Source of the DNA: Camelus dromedarius
Taxonomy: Eukaryota
Direction of reading: 5' to 3'
DNA length: 64,000 bases
Assembly (NCBI RefSeq): GCF_036321535.1
Contig: NC_087437.1
Location: forward strand, 110,052,001 to 110,116,000
Part shown: in pieces, positions 13,762 through 26,684 of the stretch
How the letters are laid out: every line of letters starts with the position of its first letter
Position numbering within the stretch: the stretch's first letter is position 1
The notes under the pieces: model-generated
What the model was told of the DNA's origin: nothing
Database searches by the model: none
Seen by the model: the letters and a program-made list of their open reading frames with translations, nothing else
Program-made: the position numbers and the translations under genes

Positions 13762-15261
13762 CATGTCAAGGGTTGAAGATTTGGTTTGGTAGTGAAATAA
13801 GTGTCCTGAGAATGAAGACTGCAGAGAAATGAGTTGATTTTCACATTCTCAGTGAAAGGTGTGACAAACCACAGCACAAGAGTTTCACTGTCTCGAAGAG
13901 AAATCTCTGATTAAAAATAGTACCAATTGGCCATACGTTTATTACTAAGGGAAGTTCTAAACATTCATGAAGTTGTTTCTTTATTTGAATGTATTTAATT
14001 GTTGTGTCTAAGAACCAGTGTTTATATGGAAAAACAGGTTTCATGTTCAAAGCTAATGACTACACATATTTCTACATTTCAAATGTAAATCAAGTCCCTT
14101 GCATCAAGCAGCTCTTCCCTGGCATTGTCTGAGTTTGGATTTGTCAAATGATGTTTCCTTCACTTTGCCTACAACACAGTTTCAATGTGTGCCAAATATC
14201 CTGTTTTCTTTCCTTTTAAAATTCAATAAATTAGCATACAAAATATAAAATTATCATGCATAATTACAGAATTTTGAAGCAGGAGAGAAAATTTACTCAG
14301 AGAAAAGAACAAATATTTGACCATCCTTTTGTTTGCTTTTTCTGTGAAATGACATTCTAACTTTCTGTATATTGTTTTGGTCAAATTCTATTAGATTACA
14401 TTCAAGCCCAACTTTTTTCCCACTACTGCCTTCCACAAGGCACCCATCAAACACAGAAAGGTCATCCATTTGTTTCTAAAGCTGCAATTTGTATCTACAT
14501 TGCAAGCTTGTTCTCGCACCTTTCAACTAAGTGTTCCTACACTTCCTACGCCTGTGGAAAATAATCTCCTTAGAGTCTCTTTCAAATATTCCAGACCACA
14601 GGCATCTATTGAATTGCTCTCTTTTTATATTACTGAGTCCCTGTTGTATAAAAGATAATTTATCATATTTTTAGACAGTAATATGATAAGTGAGAAAAAA
14701 TTAAATGATTACTTTATGGCCCTAGAAAGTTTAACCTTTCATTATAGTCACCAAGTGTGTGTGTGTGTGTATTTCTACATGTGTGTGTATTTTTAACATG
14801 TGTGTATTTCTACGTGTGCTGTATGCAAGTACAAAGTTAAATATATGGAAGTATAAAATTAGAGGAAGTTAAAATTAATCGAGAAGTTTTTTAGAGAAAG
14901 AAAAGCTATGGTAGGCTGAATTGTTCTGTAAAAGAAGTTTTAGAGAAGGTTTAAATTAGGCTCCGTCACAAATACTTTAAAAGAATTCAACAGAGAAGAG
15001 AAGAGGAGACTTCAAGAAGCAATGGTTTTGGCTAAAGCTGAGGAGCAAGACTAAACAAGATGTGCACGTAGACAGGACAGAAACCTTCAAAGGATAATTG
15101 AAGATTAAGAAGCATGTTGTTTTCAGGTCAGTGAGGGCCTTTGCATCTTCCGTGTTGTTTATGAAGAGTCAATTATTCTGTGGTTTTATCCAGCATTACT
15201 GTCACAAAAGACATGACATTTTAGGAATAATCATCTCATGTCAGGATGAATTGCTTGTAAA

Positions 15262-15565
15262 GATCTGGAATAATTTGGATATTTGTGGTCTTTTGTGCTT
15301 CCACATGAATTTTAAGAGTGTTTTTTTTTTTTTTTTCCTATTGCTGTAAAAGCAACATTGGTTTTTGGTAAAGATTGGATTTAATCTGTAGATCACTTTG
15401 GGTAGTATGGATATGTTTTAGATGTTACTTTTTTGAATCCATTAACACAAAGTATCTTCCCATTTGTTTGTGTCTCTTTTAGTGTGTTTCATCAATGTTT
15501 TGTAGCTTTCAGTACACAAGTCTTTAATTTTCTTAGTTAAGTTTATTCTTGAATATTTTATGTAT
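15262..15565 (-). mobile_element. L1 ORF2 fragment
   Basis: ggtcttttgtgcttccacatgaattttaag and aatctgtagatcactttgggtagtatgg, homologous to 43875-44140. Confidence 0.8.
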
Positions 15566-16386
15566 CATTAAAACACATTTTGTTGCATTTGTGTTACTAA
15601 AATACACTTCTCCTAAAAAGTCTTCAAATATACCTAGTTAGGGAAAACTTACTTCTCATTTGACTCTTTCTAAAAGCTATCTTCACCCAAATTATCTAAT
15701 ATCAATGTTGAGCTTTAGCTGTTTAAAAATTTTAAATATATCTTTTTACATGATCAGAAAGCATGGGCTGCTCGTGTCATGTTTTTTGCTTTTGATCAAC
15801 TAGTTCATGTCTCATCCTTTTTGTATGTTTCAGCTAAAATATTTTCTCCTCTGATTACTTAGTTCAATATGATCTAGCTATGTAAGTTCTTTAAGTCCTA
15901 TATGCATATTTTTCCATGATAAAATTTTAATTGTGGTACAGTTTTTCTATACTTTTGCATGAAAAATTATAGACATAGATAATATAATGAACCTGTAGAT
16001 AAATATAATTCATCCTTAGCTGTAATCAGTTCATTGCCAATTATCTTTCATTTATACCTATACTAACTCCCTGTTGTTATAATTTTGAAAAACATCCAGA
16101 AGTTATTCCATTTTATCTGAAGGTATTTTGCTATATATGAAAAATGAAAACATAATACACAGAACATAAGGACATATTAAAAATAATGGAACTGACTCTA
16201 GTTGTATTTTTATTTTTTATATTTATTGGTAAAACAGGCTTTCATTGGCAGAATCACTTTTTTAGATTCATGGCAGTACTGCACATATACTTGCTACTGA
16301 ACTGCTACTGAAAACCAAATTCTCTATGGGACCAATGAGTATCATTCCTGAAATCATGCCTAATTTTTCTAATTATCAGAAGGAAT

Positions 16387-16902
16387 AGCAGCACTATTTA
16401 CAATAGCCAAGACATGCAAACAACCTGAATGCTCACTGACAGATGACTGAATAAGCAAGTTGTGATATATACGCAATGGAATACTACTCAGCCATAAAAA
16501 ATAAAATGAAGTAGTGCCATCTGCAGCAACATAGATGGATCTGGAGGTCATCATACTGAGTGAAGTAACCCAGAAAGAAAAAAAAATATGATATCACTTA
16601 TATGTGGAATCTTTAAAAAGGACTCAAATGAACTTATTTACAAAATAGAAACAGACTCACAGACATAGAAAATAATTATGGTTACCAATGGGGAAAGGAG
16701 TGGGACACGGAGGAATAAATTGGGAGCTCAGAATCTGCAGATACTAAGTACTATATATAAAATAGACTAAAAGGTCCTGCTGTATAGCACAGAGAATATA
16801 TATTCAATACCTTGTAATAGCCTAAAATGAAAAAGAATATGGATATATATTATATATATAAGTTGAAACATTTAAAATCTGCTATATTTCAATTTAAAAA
16901 AA
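16387..16902 (+). mobile_element. L1 3' end (ORF2 end, 3'UTR, A tail)
   Basis: gcactatttacaatagccaagacatg, atggaatactactcagccataaaa, acagactcacagacatagaaaa. Confidence 0.9.
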
Positions 16903-16983
16903 TGATAGTACAAAACTTAAAAAATCAATTATGTCAAGATGAATGAACAAGATAAACCCAACTTTTTATGCTCATGAAAAATG

Positions 16984-16989
16984 TTTATT
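16984..16989 (-). terminator. Candidate poly(A) signal of the KRTAP at 17252-17425
   Basis: AATAAA on the minus strand about 260 nt after the stop codon. Confidence 0.6.
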
Positions 16990-17251
16990 AGAAAATATGC
17001 CCAGAATTATCATAGAATAGGTTAGGAAAGAAGCTGCGTGTCAGGAATGTTTCAGGAATAAGAATATCCAACTTGGATGATGAAACCCTGGTTGAGATTC
17101 ACCTCTCCATTGATTCAAAGTGTTGATCTGCATTGCAGTATCTTCTTCAGTAGCCTCTCAAATATTTCACTGCTTATATTGAAGGAAACAGAAGAACCAA
17201 TTTGTAAAATATTGTTACAAAATGACAAGTGAGTAACAGAAAAAAATGTTT

Positions 17252-17425
17252 TCAATAAAATCCCGAGAACATGTATCTTCTATAGAAAGTGGGACGAAAG
17301 TAGCCACAGCCGTAACCACCATAGCCTCCAAGACCAAAGCTAGAACCATAGCCATAGCCCAGGCCACCAAAACCGCCAAGGCCATAGCCAAGGCCACCAT
17401 AGTAGTTGCCGTAGTAGTAGCTCAT
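17252..17425 (-). CDS. HGT keratin-associated protein, 57 aa (KRTAP36/KRTAP19-like)
   Basis: [57 protein letters not shown]; 20 Gly + 14 Tyr, 1 Cys. True start is ACA-ATG at 17425, downstream of the TATA at 17509-17503. Confidence 0.95.
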   Translation of the reverse strand: MSYYYGNYYGGLGYGLGGFGGLGYGYGSSFGLGGYGGYGCGYFRPTFYRRYMFSGFY

Positions 17426-17502
17426 TGTGACAGGGCTTGAGGATTTGGTTGGATGTTGAGAGTGAGGTTCCTGAGAGTGAATATCACCAGCTGCGTGTGG
17501 AC

Positions 17503-17538
17503 TTTTATACTGGCTCAGTGTGGGTGTGGTAAACCACA
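17503..17538 (-). promoter_or_regulatory. TATA box plus palindromic TGTGGT-AA-ACCACA element
   Basis: ttttata at 17503-17509; tgtggtaaaccaca at 17525-17538. Confidence 0.75.
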
Positions 17539-20500
17539 GCACACAAGTGTCACTCTGTTTCATCTTTGGTGGAAAGCAGTATTATTAAGTCATATCTTTC
17601 TTTATGAACGGTAGTTCCAAAAATGCACAAATACATTTTTCCTTTGAATTGAATTTAATTTTCATTCCTCAGAAATAAGCTTTGTGTTGAATAATTATTT
17701 TGGTGTCTTTAAAGCTTATGTTTTTACATATTTTTCTATCTACATCATAATGATCAGGGTCCCTTACTTTAGATAACTTGAGAGTTTGATCTTTATCAAT
17801 ATCTCCATTTTGCCTCAGGTATGTTTCTCTTCAATGATGATATTTTATTATCTGTGATTAAATAAACTAAGGTAAAATTATTAAATAATCCTTAAATGAT
17901 TGAGAATCATATTTTTCAGAAAGGAAATGTGGACAAGTATATAGCTTTTCTTTCTTGTTGTGTATTTGTATGATAACCCTCTAAGAACCCTCATACTTGT
18001 AAAGATAATAAAGTCTTGTCATAAAATTATCCAAGTCTACTTTCTCAAATTTCTTGCCACTACAACTTAACAATAAACCTCCCCTCTACCTAGATGAGTC
18101 CTCTCAGATAGTCTCTCAACATTTCAATTGCCTTTCTCACGCTTAGATTTTTATCAGACATCCTTTCTCATTCTAAAGTAACTCCTTCTCACAGCTTCCT
18201 TCAACATTTCTAGTCCACAAACACCTACTAACATACTACCACTCTTTTAAATTGACACTGTCTCTGGCAAAATTCTTCATTTTTTAACTTACTTTTTGGA
18301 ACCAGTTCAAAGGCACTTTGAGGGGATGGACTTGACACTTCATGCAATACTTTGTAAAAGGAAGCAAAATACATATTCACTGATTTTTTTAAATTTCATT
18401 TTTTCCTCTAATGGCAATTCATATCAGATGAGCTTTCGTTTAATAGAGAAATATTTATATGAAGGGATGCTTCATATTTCAAATTGCAAAAAGAATCATA
18501 ATTAAAATGAATATACTCAATAAAATATTCATATTTTATTACGAGAAAGTAACTATGATAAGTTTTGGGCAGGGAGATGATAGTTGATAAACATATAAAT
18601 GACCACTGCATGGACTTTAAATCCTGCAATTTAATTTTACTCACAAATGTGTGTGCGTACGTGTCTCTTTATGTTGTATGTATGTGTCTGTGATTTTGCT
18701 ATATATAAATGAAGGCATATGTGTGTTTTTTCTTCTAAATACCACAAAGCAGTATATGGAAGGGTAAACTGATGGTTAGCTTCACTGACTTCAAAAGTAA
18801 TTTAGAGGAATAAACTGTTATGGTGGCTACAATGTCTTGCAATTAAGAATTCTGTAGAAGTGTAAAATGAGTTGCATCTAGAAGGGTGTGTATAAGAATT
18901 CTACAAAGTGAGGAGAGAGGAGGTCCCAGCAAGGAAAAGGGTTTTAGCTCATGATCAGAGACAAAGGTAAGCAAGGTGTGTCCTCAAGGAGCAAAACATT
19001 GTGGTTGCAGCACAGAGTGCAAATAAAGAATAATTGATGGCTTGGAAGCATATTAACTTCACTGCCATGTGGGCCACACATCATATTCTATAGTTTTGTT
19101 TAGGGCCATGGTCTCAGAGAAGTGATGTTTTATGAACACATATTTTCTCTGCAATATGGATTGTATGGTAAATTCTTGAAAGCAAGAGGACCACTTGAGC
19201 AGCTCTTACAATATCTTGCCATAGTATAAAATAAGGAAAAGGGACTGGAAAGGATGAACATATGATATATTATTAAAAATCAGTAGCATTTGTGCAGATG
19301 CTTAGAGGCAAATATGAAACTTACAAGTGGTAGTTAGTATTTTTCTTTGTGTAAATGTAATATACTATCTCCCTTAAGTTAACTTCATTAAAATTAAATA
19401 CATCAACGATACCGAGCCCTAAGATTTCTCAGGACAGGACATTTATTTAAAATAGATAGGTTTAAATAATTATGATTGAAATCCATTTCCTTGGAATTCC
19501 AGTCAGTCACACAAGGGGAATGTATGGAAGGGGGATATATTTGTGAACATTCAGGAAGAAGAACACATCGAAGCAAGTTAATTATAACGATAAAAAGAAA
19601 GATCTATAAAAAGAAATATTATGGTGCTAAAGACAATTTTGGAAAGTCACTTTGATTCCTTGACTCTGAATTTTAGATGCAATTATCTGCTGTGCAGAAA
19701 GTAAATTTTGAGGTGTTTCTTCATAATTACAATTAATTTATAAGTAGAAATTGCATTACAGTATAATTAGATGAAAACATCAATCATATAAATATTCTGT
19801 CAACGAGGTATTTTCATTTGACAATCAAAGTGGCAGTGTAGTTGCAAATATTCTGAGATCAAAACTTCTTTTCCTTTATTCATATGTGTATCTATTTGTC
19901 CACTCATAGGATCATGGGCAGCAGCTTTATTCAGGTTTCAAGCCCCCAAAACATGAACTCAGCTTGCCTTCCTCTTTGTCGTCCCTCATCTGTGTGAAAT
20001 TCTTGAAACACATCTACATGAGCTCCACTCCTTTCTATTCCAAACCCCATACATAAGCTTTGAGTTGAGTTTTGAAACTTCTGTGTCTCAAGAGTTTTTG
20101 AGTTGAGACTTCTTTGGTATGTGCCAAGATTACAGCATTTTATCTGGCTTTCCTTATTTTCTTTTAAACAATTGTTTTCTGTGTTACTATTGTTTTTAAA
20201 ATTTATGACAGTATGAAATAAAAAACATTTTCCTTGTTTAAAGATGTCTATAAACCACATTCACTCTCATAATCCGGCAACGACCCTGAAGCTCTAATTC
20301 CTGCTTTATCCTATGGATAATATCCTTCTTTTCCTTCCCCATGACAAGGCACATGCTGTTCTCTTCTTCAACTTTTGTCTTTCTCTAATTTGCTTAAAAT
20401 ACCATTTTGGCAAGGGGCACATGAATTATGTTCTAATCAATACATCTCTTCACATTCTTTGAGTCCTAGGGTTCTTCTCACAAAAGAAAACATTTATTTA

Positions 20501-21940
20501 TTTCTGAAATTATGGCTATGGAAAAATTTTAAATACAGAAATGTAGGTAGCACAACATAAACAACTCCCACCAATCATTCATTTATTTTAAAGAATTATC
20601 AAGTCAAGGGCAATTGTGTTTCAAATGTACCCTCACAAGCCTCCTTCAAGACTGCATCATTTTGAGATGGTCTGCTTTTTGGATCCAGAAATATTTTAAT
20701 ATATATCTCATTGATATAAATGTTGTTTCTTAAAATATATTAGGTGTGTGATTTTTTAAATCATTATTTATTTCCTGGTATATAAGCCCCATTACTTAAA
20801 ATTTCCTGCCATGTTGGACTTGGTGCTTTGTAAGTAACTGCTAATGATCAAATTGAAAAGTTCTGCTTCTATCTTGAATTAGTGAGGCTCATCATCCAAA
20901 TCATTCCTCTATTCACTAAAAAAAAAAAAAAAAAAACCAACAAAACTAAGCCCAAACTGTTAGTTTATGAACAGATTACCAAAGGACTAGTAAGAATCAC
21001 TGGAGATCCATGAAAACTTGTATAAATTAATTAAATGAGAGTTATATTAGGAATCACACAATGTATCCATTAAAGATGAAGATTAGGCATCTGAAGACCC
21101 TAAATATGAGCTAAAAATCAGTAACAGTCTCAGGCTTGAGGTAAGGCTACAAAAAGTAAAACCCACCTGCAATAAAATCCCTCTTAAGACTTAAATGAGG
21201 AACAAATACCACTACTTAACCCAGGTTGGAAAAATTGTACAAACAGTGATTCAAGCCTCAATTATTTTTTTAATTTATAAAGACAAGTAGGGTAAAGCCT
21301 GAAAAATTAAATAGATACATATGAAAACATAAAAACAATAAGGAAAGTCTGAACATAGAAAAAGAAAACTCAGGCTCTCTATTTCTTTTATAAAAATTGA
21401 GGTTGCTGGAGCGGGCGGTGTGCATGTGTTTAGGGGTAGGGTGTGTGGGGCGGGAGGAGCAGACTCAAACAATGTGTATCCCTGTCATTGTTTCCTAAGG
21501 AGGCACCTGGTAGAGGGCACACTGAATAAAGACATCTCTTCCTTACAAAGCTCATTCAGGTAAGTTTCTAAAGAGTATATGTGCTTAAAAATATTATTCT
21601 TCTTATATATATATACACACACACACTGAGGGTAAAGTAATTATTTTATTAAACTAATACTTCTTCAAAGGAAGTGTTATTAGTCACAAGAATTACATAT
21701 GTCTAAATATTTTGCTTCTCTACGATGTCAAATCAAAAAGGGAACAATATCTGAGAACGTTATCACATGTGATATGGAAGTTACCAGCAAAAAGTCAGTA
21801 AGATCAGTTCTAGGGAAGAAAATAATTGTACAGAGAAAATGCTTCAACCAAATATCTTAATCAAATATGTAAAATTAATGAATAAAAGTGCATTTGAGTA
21901 GGCAAATATAAGTGAAATGAAGTTTTGAATGTTTATGAAT

Positions 21941-21946
21941 TTTATT
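21941..21946 (-). terminator. Candidate poly(A) signal of the KRTAP at 22084-22263
   Basis: AATAAA on the minus strand about 140 nt after the stop codon. Confidence 0.55.
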
Positions 21947-22083
21947 GAAAAATATGCTCAGAAATATCACAGAAGGCATAAAGAAGGAAACTTCATGTCA
22001 ATAACATAGCAGGAGTGAAGCTAGTCAGTCTGGGTGATGAATTCGGGATCAAGGAATCAGATCATTGTAGACAGACGATGTTC

Positions 22084-22263
22084 TCAGTAGAATCCAGAGA
22101 ACATGTATCTTCTATAGAAAGTGGGACGGAAGTAGCCACAGCCGTAACCACCATAGCCTCCAAGACCAAAGCTAGAACCATAGCCATAGCCATAGCCCAG
22201 GCCACCAAAACCGCCAAGGCCATAGCCAAGGCCACCATAGTAGTTGCCGTAGTAGTAGCTCAT
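22084..22263 (-). CDS. HGT keratin-associated protein, 59 aa (KRTAP36/KRTAP19-like)
   Basis: Same protein as 17252-17425 plus one extra GY dipeptide; TATA at 22347-22341. Confidence 0.95.
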   Translation of the reverse strand: MSYYYGNYYGGLGYGLGGFGGLGYGYGYGSSFGLGGYGGYGCGYFRPTFYRRYMFSGFY

Positions 22264-22340
22264 TGTGACAGGGCTTGAGGATTTGGTTAGATGTTGAGGG
22301 TGAGGTTCCTGAGAATGAATATCACCAGCTGCACGCGGAC

Positions 22341-22499
22341 TTTTATACTGGCTCAGTGTAGGAGGTGTGGTAAACCACAGCACACAAGTTCACTCTTTGA
22401 AAATCCATCTTTGGCAAAAAGCTGTACTATTAAATCATACCTTTCTTTATGAAGGGTAGTTCCAAAGATACATGGAATGTTTTACTTTTCCTTTGAAGA
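22341..22499 (-). promoter_or_regulatory. Promoter: TATA, TGTGGT-AA-ACCACA palindrome, LEF1/TCF (HK1-type) site
   Basis: ttttata at 22341-22347; tgtggtaaaccaca at 22366-22379; CTTTGAAGA at 22491-22499. Confidence 0.7.
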
Positions 22500-22912
22500 G
22501 GTTTCCATTTTTATTCTTTTTGTCATAGCTTAAATTACACATAATTCTACACTTAAATATAATTATCAAGCTCTTTTGCAAGAGATAGATCATTTGTTGT
22601 ATTCCCTGAGATCTCTGTCTTTGGCAGATAATATCTTTATATTTTCTTACACTCAATTTTTGTCTATTTTAAATATCATATTTTCTATCTCTTTTTTTCT
22701 TTGCCTTTCAATAAACTGGAATACTTAGTATTAAATAATCAAAAATGATTGAAATTAATCAAAAAGTAAAAGACACTTATTCAGAAAAACAGTGGGAATA
22801 TTTTCCAGTCCTCTTTGTTTCTATTTTCTATGTCACTACATTTCAATCATTCTAATTTGTAGAGACAAACACTCTAGAAGGACATTCAAGTCACACTATA
22901 GATAATACTTCT

Positions 22913-23427
22913 TGTATTAGTTTCATAGGACTGCTGTAAAAAAATATTACCACAAACTGAGTAATTAATTGTTTCTTGATTCTCTTAAAACAAGAGAAAT
23001 TCATGTTCTCATGGTTCTGAAGGCTTGAAGTCCAAAGATCAAGCTAGTTATAGGGCCATCTTCCCTTTGAAGGGTCTGAGAAAAAATTATTCTTTGCCTC
23101 TTCCTAGCTTCTAGTGGTTCCTGGTAATTCTTGGCGTTTATTGCCTTGCTGCTCCTTCACCCCAATCTCTGCCTCAGTCATCACATGGCCTTCATTCCTC
23201 CTTGTTCATGTATGTGTGAGTGTATGTGCCTGTCTGTGTGCCTAAATCTCTCTCCTCTTATAAGAACACCAGACATTGGATTTGAGGCTGACCCTAATCC
23301 AGCATCGCCTCACCTTAACTTGATTACTTCTGTGAAGACCTTATTTCCAAATAAGCTCACATTCGCAGGCGTCTGAGGTTAGAACTTCAAAATGTCTTTG
23401 TAGAAGACCTAATTCAGCCCCTCAAAA
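22913..23427 (-). mobile_element. MaLR MLT1 LTR
   Basis: tgtattagtttcataggactgctgtaa...taccacaaactg start; ccttatttccaaataagctcacattc. Confidence 0.85.
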
Positions 23428-24769
23428 CTGCCTTTTGCATGAAACTAACATCTTCTGTCAGATTGTATTTTGAAAATTCAGCTCGACTGAGATGAGTTTT
23501 CAAGAACTCCCCTTCCTATATAGTTCTAGGTCAGCAAAGATGAAAAGAAACATTTTGCCTGAAATTTGGTAGGCAGGAAAATAAACCAAAGCTTTATTGT
23601 TGTTTACGAATAGTCATCCTCCATCCTCTAATTTGTGGCCAAGGAAGTACTACAAAAAAGTGAAAATTTTAAAATATTTGTTTTTTGGGCATGTTGGATG
23701 CTGTGGGGAGATCTGAGGAGTATGAAGATGAGTTAGATAATATGTCAATAGTCATAGTATAGTGTGATAAGAGCTGGAATTAGGGTTTTAGTAACAGGAA
23801 TAGCCAGGAAAGATTGGATATAAGATGCATAATGGTAAAGGAGTAGTACTTACATGTTTCATTGAAGAAAAATAGGAACATTACCAAGCTACAAGTTATT
23901 ATTCTTTGCATGATTTTATTTTTAACTTTTAAGTGAATATAAGCTGATAAAAATTGACTTCTTATCAAAAGTAAAGAGCTTTATGACAAATGTTTACTGA
24001 GCAAACTACTTCCTGTATATTTTAACGTATAGGCAGAAGTCCACTGCATTTTATTTATTCAGTTGCCCATAATTTTTGAGATAAAAGCATTTGAGAACAA
24101 TAAAAAAACAAAATATGTTTTTGGAAATATCTATATTTCACAGTAGGTCACCAAAAGGCAACTGAACTTTAGAGGTTCAGTTATTTAGTGATAAATAAAT
24201 ATTTCACCTAAAGTCAATTTTGACTCCAATTACCAATACTCTTCTCAGCTGCTGAAAGGAAACTTTGAGATGTTTGCTAGTTAACAAAATAAATATTCAG
24301 GTAATAATTATAAACCATAAAAAACAATAATATTTATTGCACAATAATGTATATAAATATTACATAATTACACAATACAATAATATATACATAATACACA
24401 TAATAATATAATTTTCTATATGATAGCTTACCTTTGAAATCTGAGTGGCAAAAATAGCATATTGGATGGTAGCATCAGATCATACTTAAATTTAACAAAA
24501 TTATATTCAGTAATATTCATGAAATAGTTATAATGACCAGAAACAAAACATAGACAATGAAAAATATCATATATTAAAATACATATGCAAATTACATAAA
24601 TTATTGTCTGTTAAATAATAAGTGAAGTTAGACAAAAATAAAATACATGTAAAAAATTTACTCTTACCAAACAAAAATATTACATTATGTAGTTTTGCAG
24701 TATTTCATTGTTTTGAAATACACACACACACACACATATTGCTCTAACTGGGTGATATTTCTACAGACG

Positions 24770-24893
24770 TTCTCTCTTCCTTTCTTCTTCCCTCCTTCCC
24801 TCCCTCCCTTTCTTTTTTCCTTCCGTCCCTCCTCCCTTTCTTTCCTCTCTGTCTCTGTCTCTGTCTTTCTCTCTGTCTCTCTCTCTTTTTTCC
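24770..24893. repeat. CT-rich low-complexity / (CTCTGT)n tract
   Basis: Polypyrimidine run with cctt, ccct and ctctgt units. Confidence 0.85.
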
Positions 24894-26678
24894 TTATTTA
24901 CTGGAGAAGCAGCAAGTCTGGATATCAATATGTTTTCTAAATTTAATTTTTCTTTGCTATCTTCCCCTCAAAGTCTACAAAATATGAAGAAATAAAATTC
25001 CTTTGTCAGTTAAAGCTCCCTGTAAGCTATATTCTTTTTAATAAGTCAATACATCTCCTCAATGACTATTTCTCCATTATTTTTGGATACTATATTCTCT
25101 CCTTCATGCCTATGACAATGTCATTCTGGTCTATTTGTCCAATAGTCCTTTACCTAACTAGTTACAAGCCTTTTCTTTAAAGTGAAGATGAAATACAATC
25201 TCCTTTGTTATAAATTTACTTTTACTGATTCATCTTTCCCCACTTTTTTAAGTCTTGTGCTATGCATTTCCCAGACCATGCAACAGAACGTTGTTATAGT
25301 CCTATTTTCTCATAAATTTTATCATAGGAACAGTTAAGTAAAATATAAGAATAGACAATATGGTAAAAGGAATCATTATATACATAACTCATCTTCAGAA
25401 ATTATCACATTGTGGCCAATCATATTTCCTCTGTTTCTTTGTCCTTTTTCTTGTTACCATTAGTATAATTTTAAAGCAGAAATCATATTATTTTCTCTGT
25501 AAGTACTATCATATAAATCTCTAAATAATATAGAATTTTTAAAAGCACAGTCAGTAATTTTTTAAATCATATTTTTGAACTGAAATATCAGCTTTTTCAG
25601 GTGAGGTTACATGTTAGGTTTATTTTGGGGTTGATTGAAAATGTAAATCTTTAATCAGAGTCAGTGTGATTTGGCACTCTAAGCACTCCTAATTTCATAA
25701 GGCCATGAAAACAAACAAGACCAAACTTGACACTAAAAAGAATTTTCTCTTAATCACAGTGCTGCAAGTATCTGTGACACTTATTGGAGGCTCATGAAGG
25801 CCCATGAGACCCATCCAGTTTACTGAGAGTGACATCAGTGATCATCTTTATGTAAGACTTAAAAGGGAAGCCTAGTATCCAAGGAAACCAAGACTCATGT
25901 AAAAATCAATGACCCATCTCTGGAATGGAATTCTAATCATGATATTAAGGTATAAGTGAAAAACAAAAGCCATTATTAAACTGAGCTGGAAAAAAAGAGT
26001 GGAAACACTAATTTAAAGTCAGTTTCTTAAGTTTTAAGTGAGCTTGCATTTCAGGGAGTCTGTCTCAAAAATTGTTTTGTATAAGCTACAATACTGAGAA
26101 AACCAAGGATGATAACTATGGTAAATTCTCAGGTTTTCTCTCTTTCTTAGAGCAGATGGATATCAAGCAACACGTGTCCCCATTTTTCAAGTATATGAGG
26201 AAGAAACTGACACAAAAACAGTTAGGCTAGTGAGCTACAAATCAAGGACCCTGCTTTCTTGATAAGCCCAGAAAAATATCTATTGGTCAGTATAGCACCA
26301 GAAAGAGCCTCTGAAAGTCTCCTGACATTTCATTATACAAAAGAGAAAATGGATGTTCCATTAAACTTCACATATTTATATATTGTTGATGAAGGACATA
26401 ATGTTCATAAGTATTAGAAATGCCTGAATGTATTTGGTTCTATAGAATTCCATATAAAAGGAGGCATAAATCCAGCAAAACAAATGATCTAAATAAATTA
26501 TATACTTTATAGTCAGGGTTATTTCTAAGGAAAGATGAATACAAAGTAAATGTGTTCCATGAGTAAATATTTTGCAATGCAAAATATTACTAAAATTCTG
26601 GAAAACATAAACATCTTGTGCTTTGAAATGGTTGAAAGAAATAAACCTTGATATTTAAAGTTCACACACAAAAAAATG

Positions 26679-26684
26679 TTTATT
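26679..26684 (-). terminator. Candidate poly(A) signal of the KRTAP at 26910-27083
   Basis: AATAAA on the minus strand about 225 nt after the stop codon. Confidence 0.55.

Noticed and set aside
17215..17400. MAMA/VAMV-type minus-strand ORFs (also 26873-27058, 44547-44750, 29785-30006)
   Set aside because: Alternative reading frames of KRTAP Gly-Tyr repeats
17246..17440. Ala/Thr/Ile-rich plus-strand ORFs (also 22015-22278, 52779-52997, 52715-53005, 5730-6074)
   Set aside because: Antisense shadows of GGC-TAT codon repeats, which lack stops on the opposite strand; no promoter or poly(A) support
17426..17563. N-terminal extensions of KRTAP ORFs in the track (also 22383, 27197, 53114)
   Set aside because: They run through the 5'UTR and TATA box; the conserved start is the MSYY ATG
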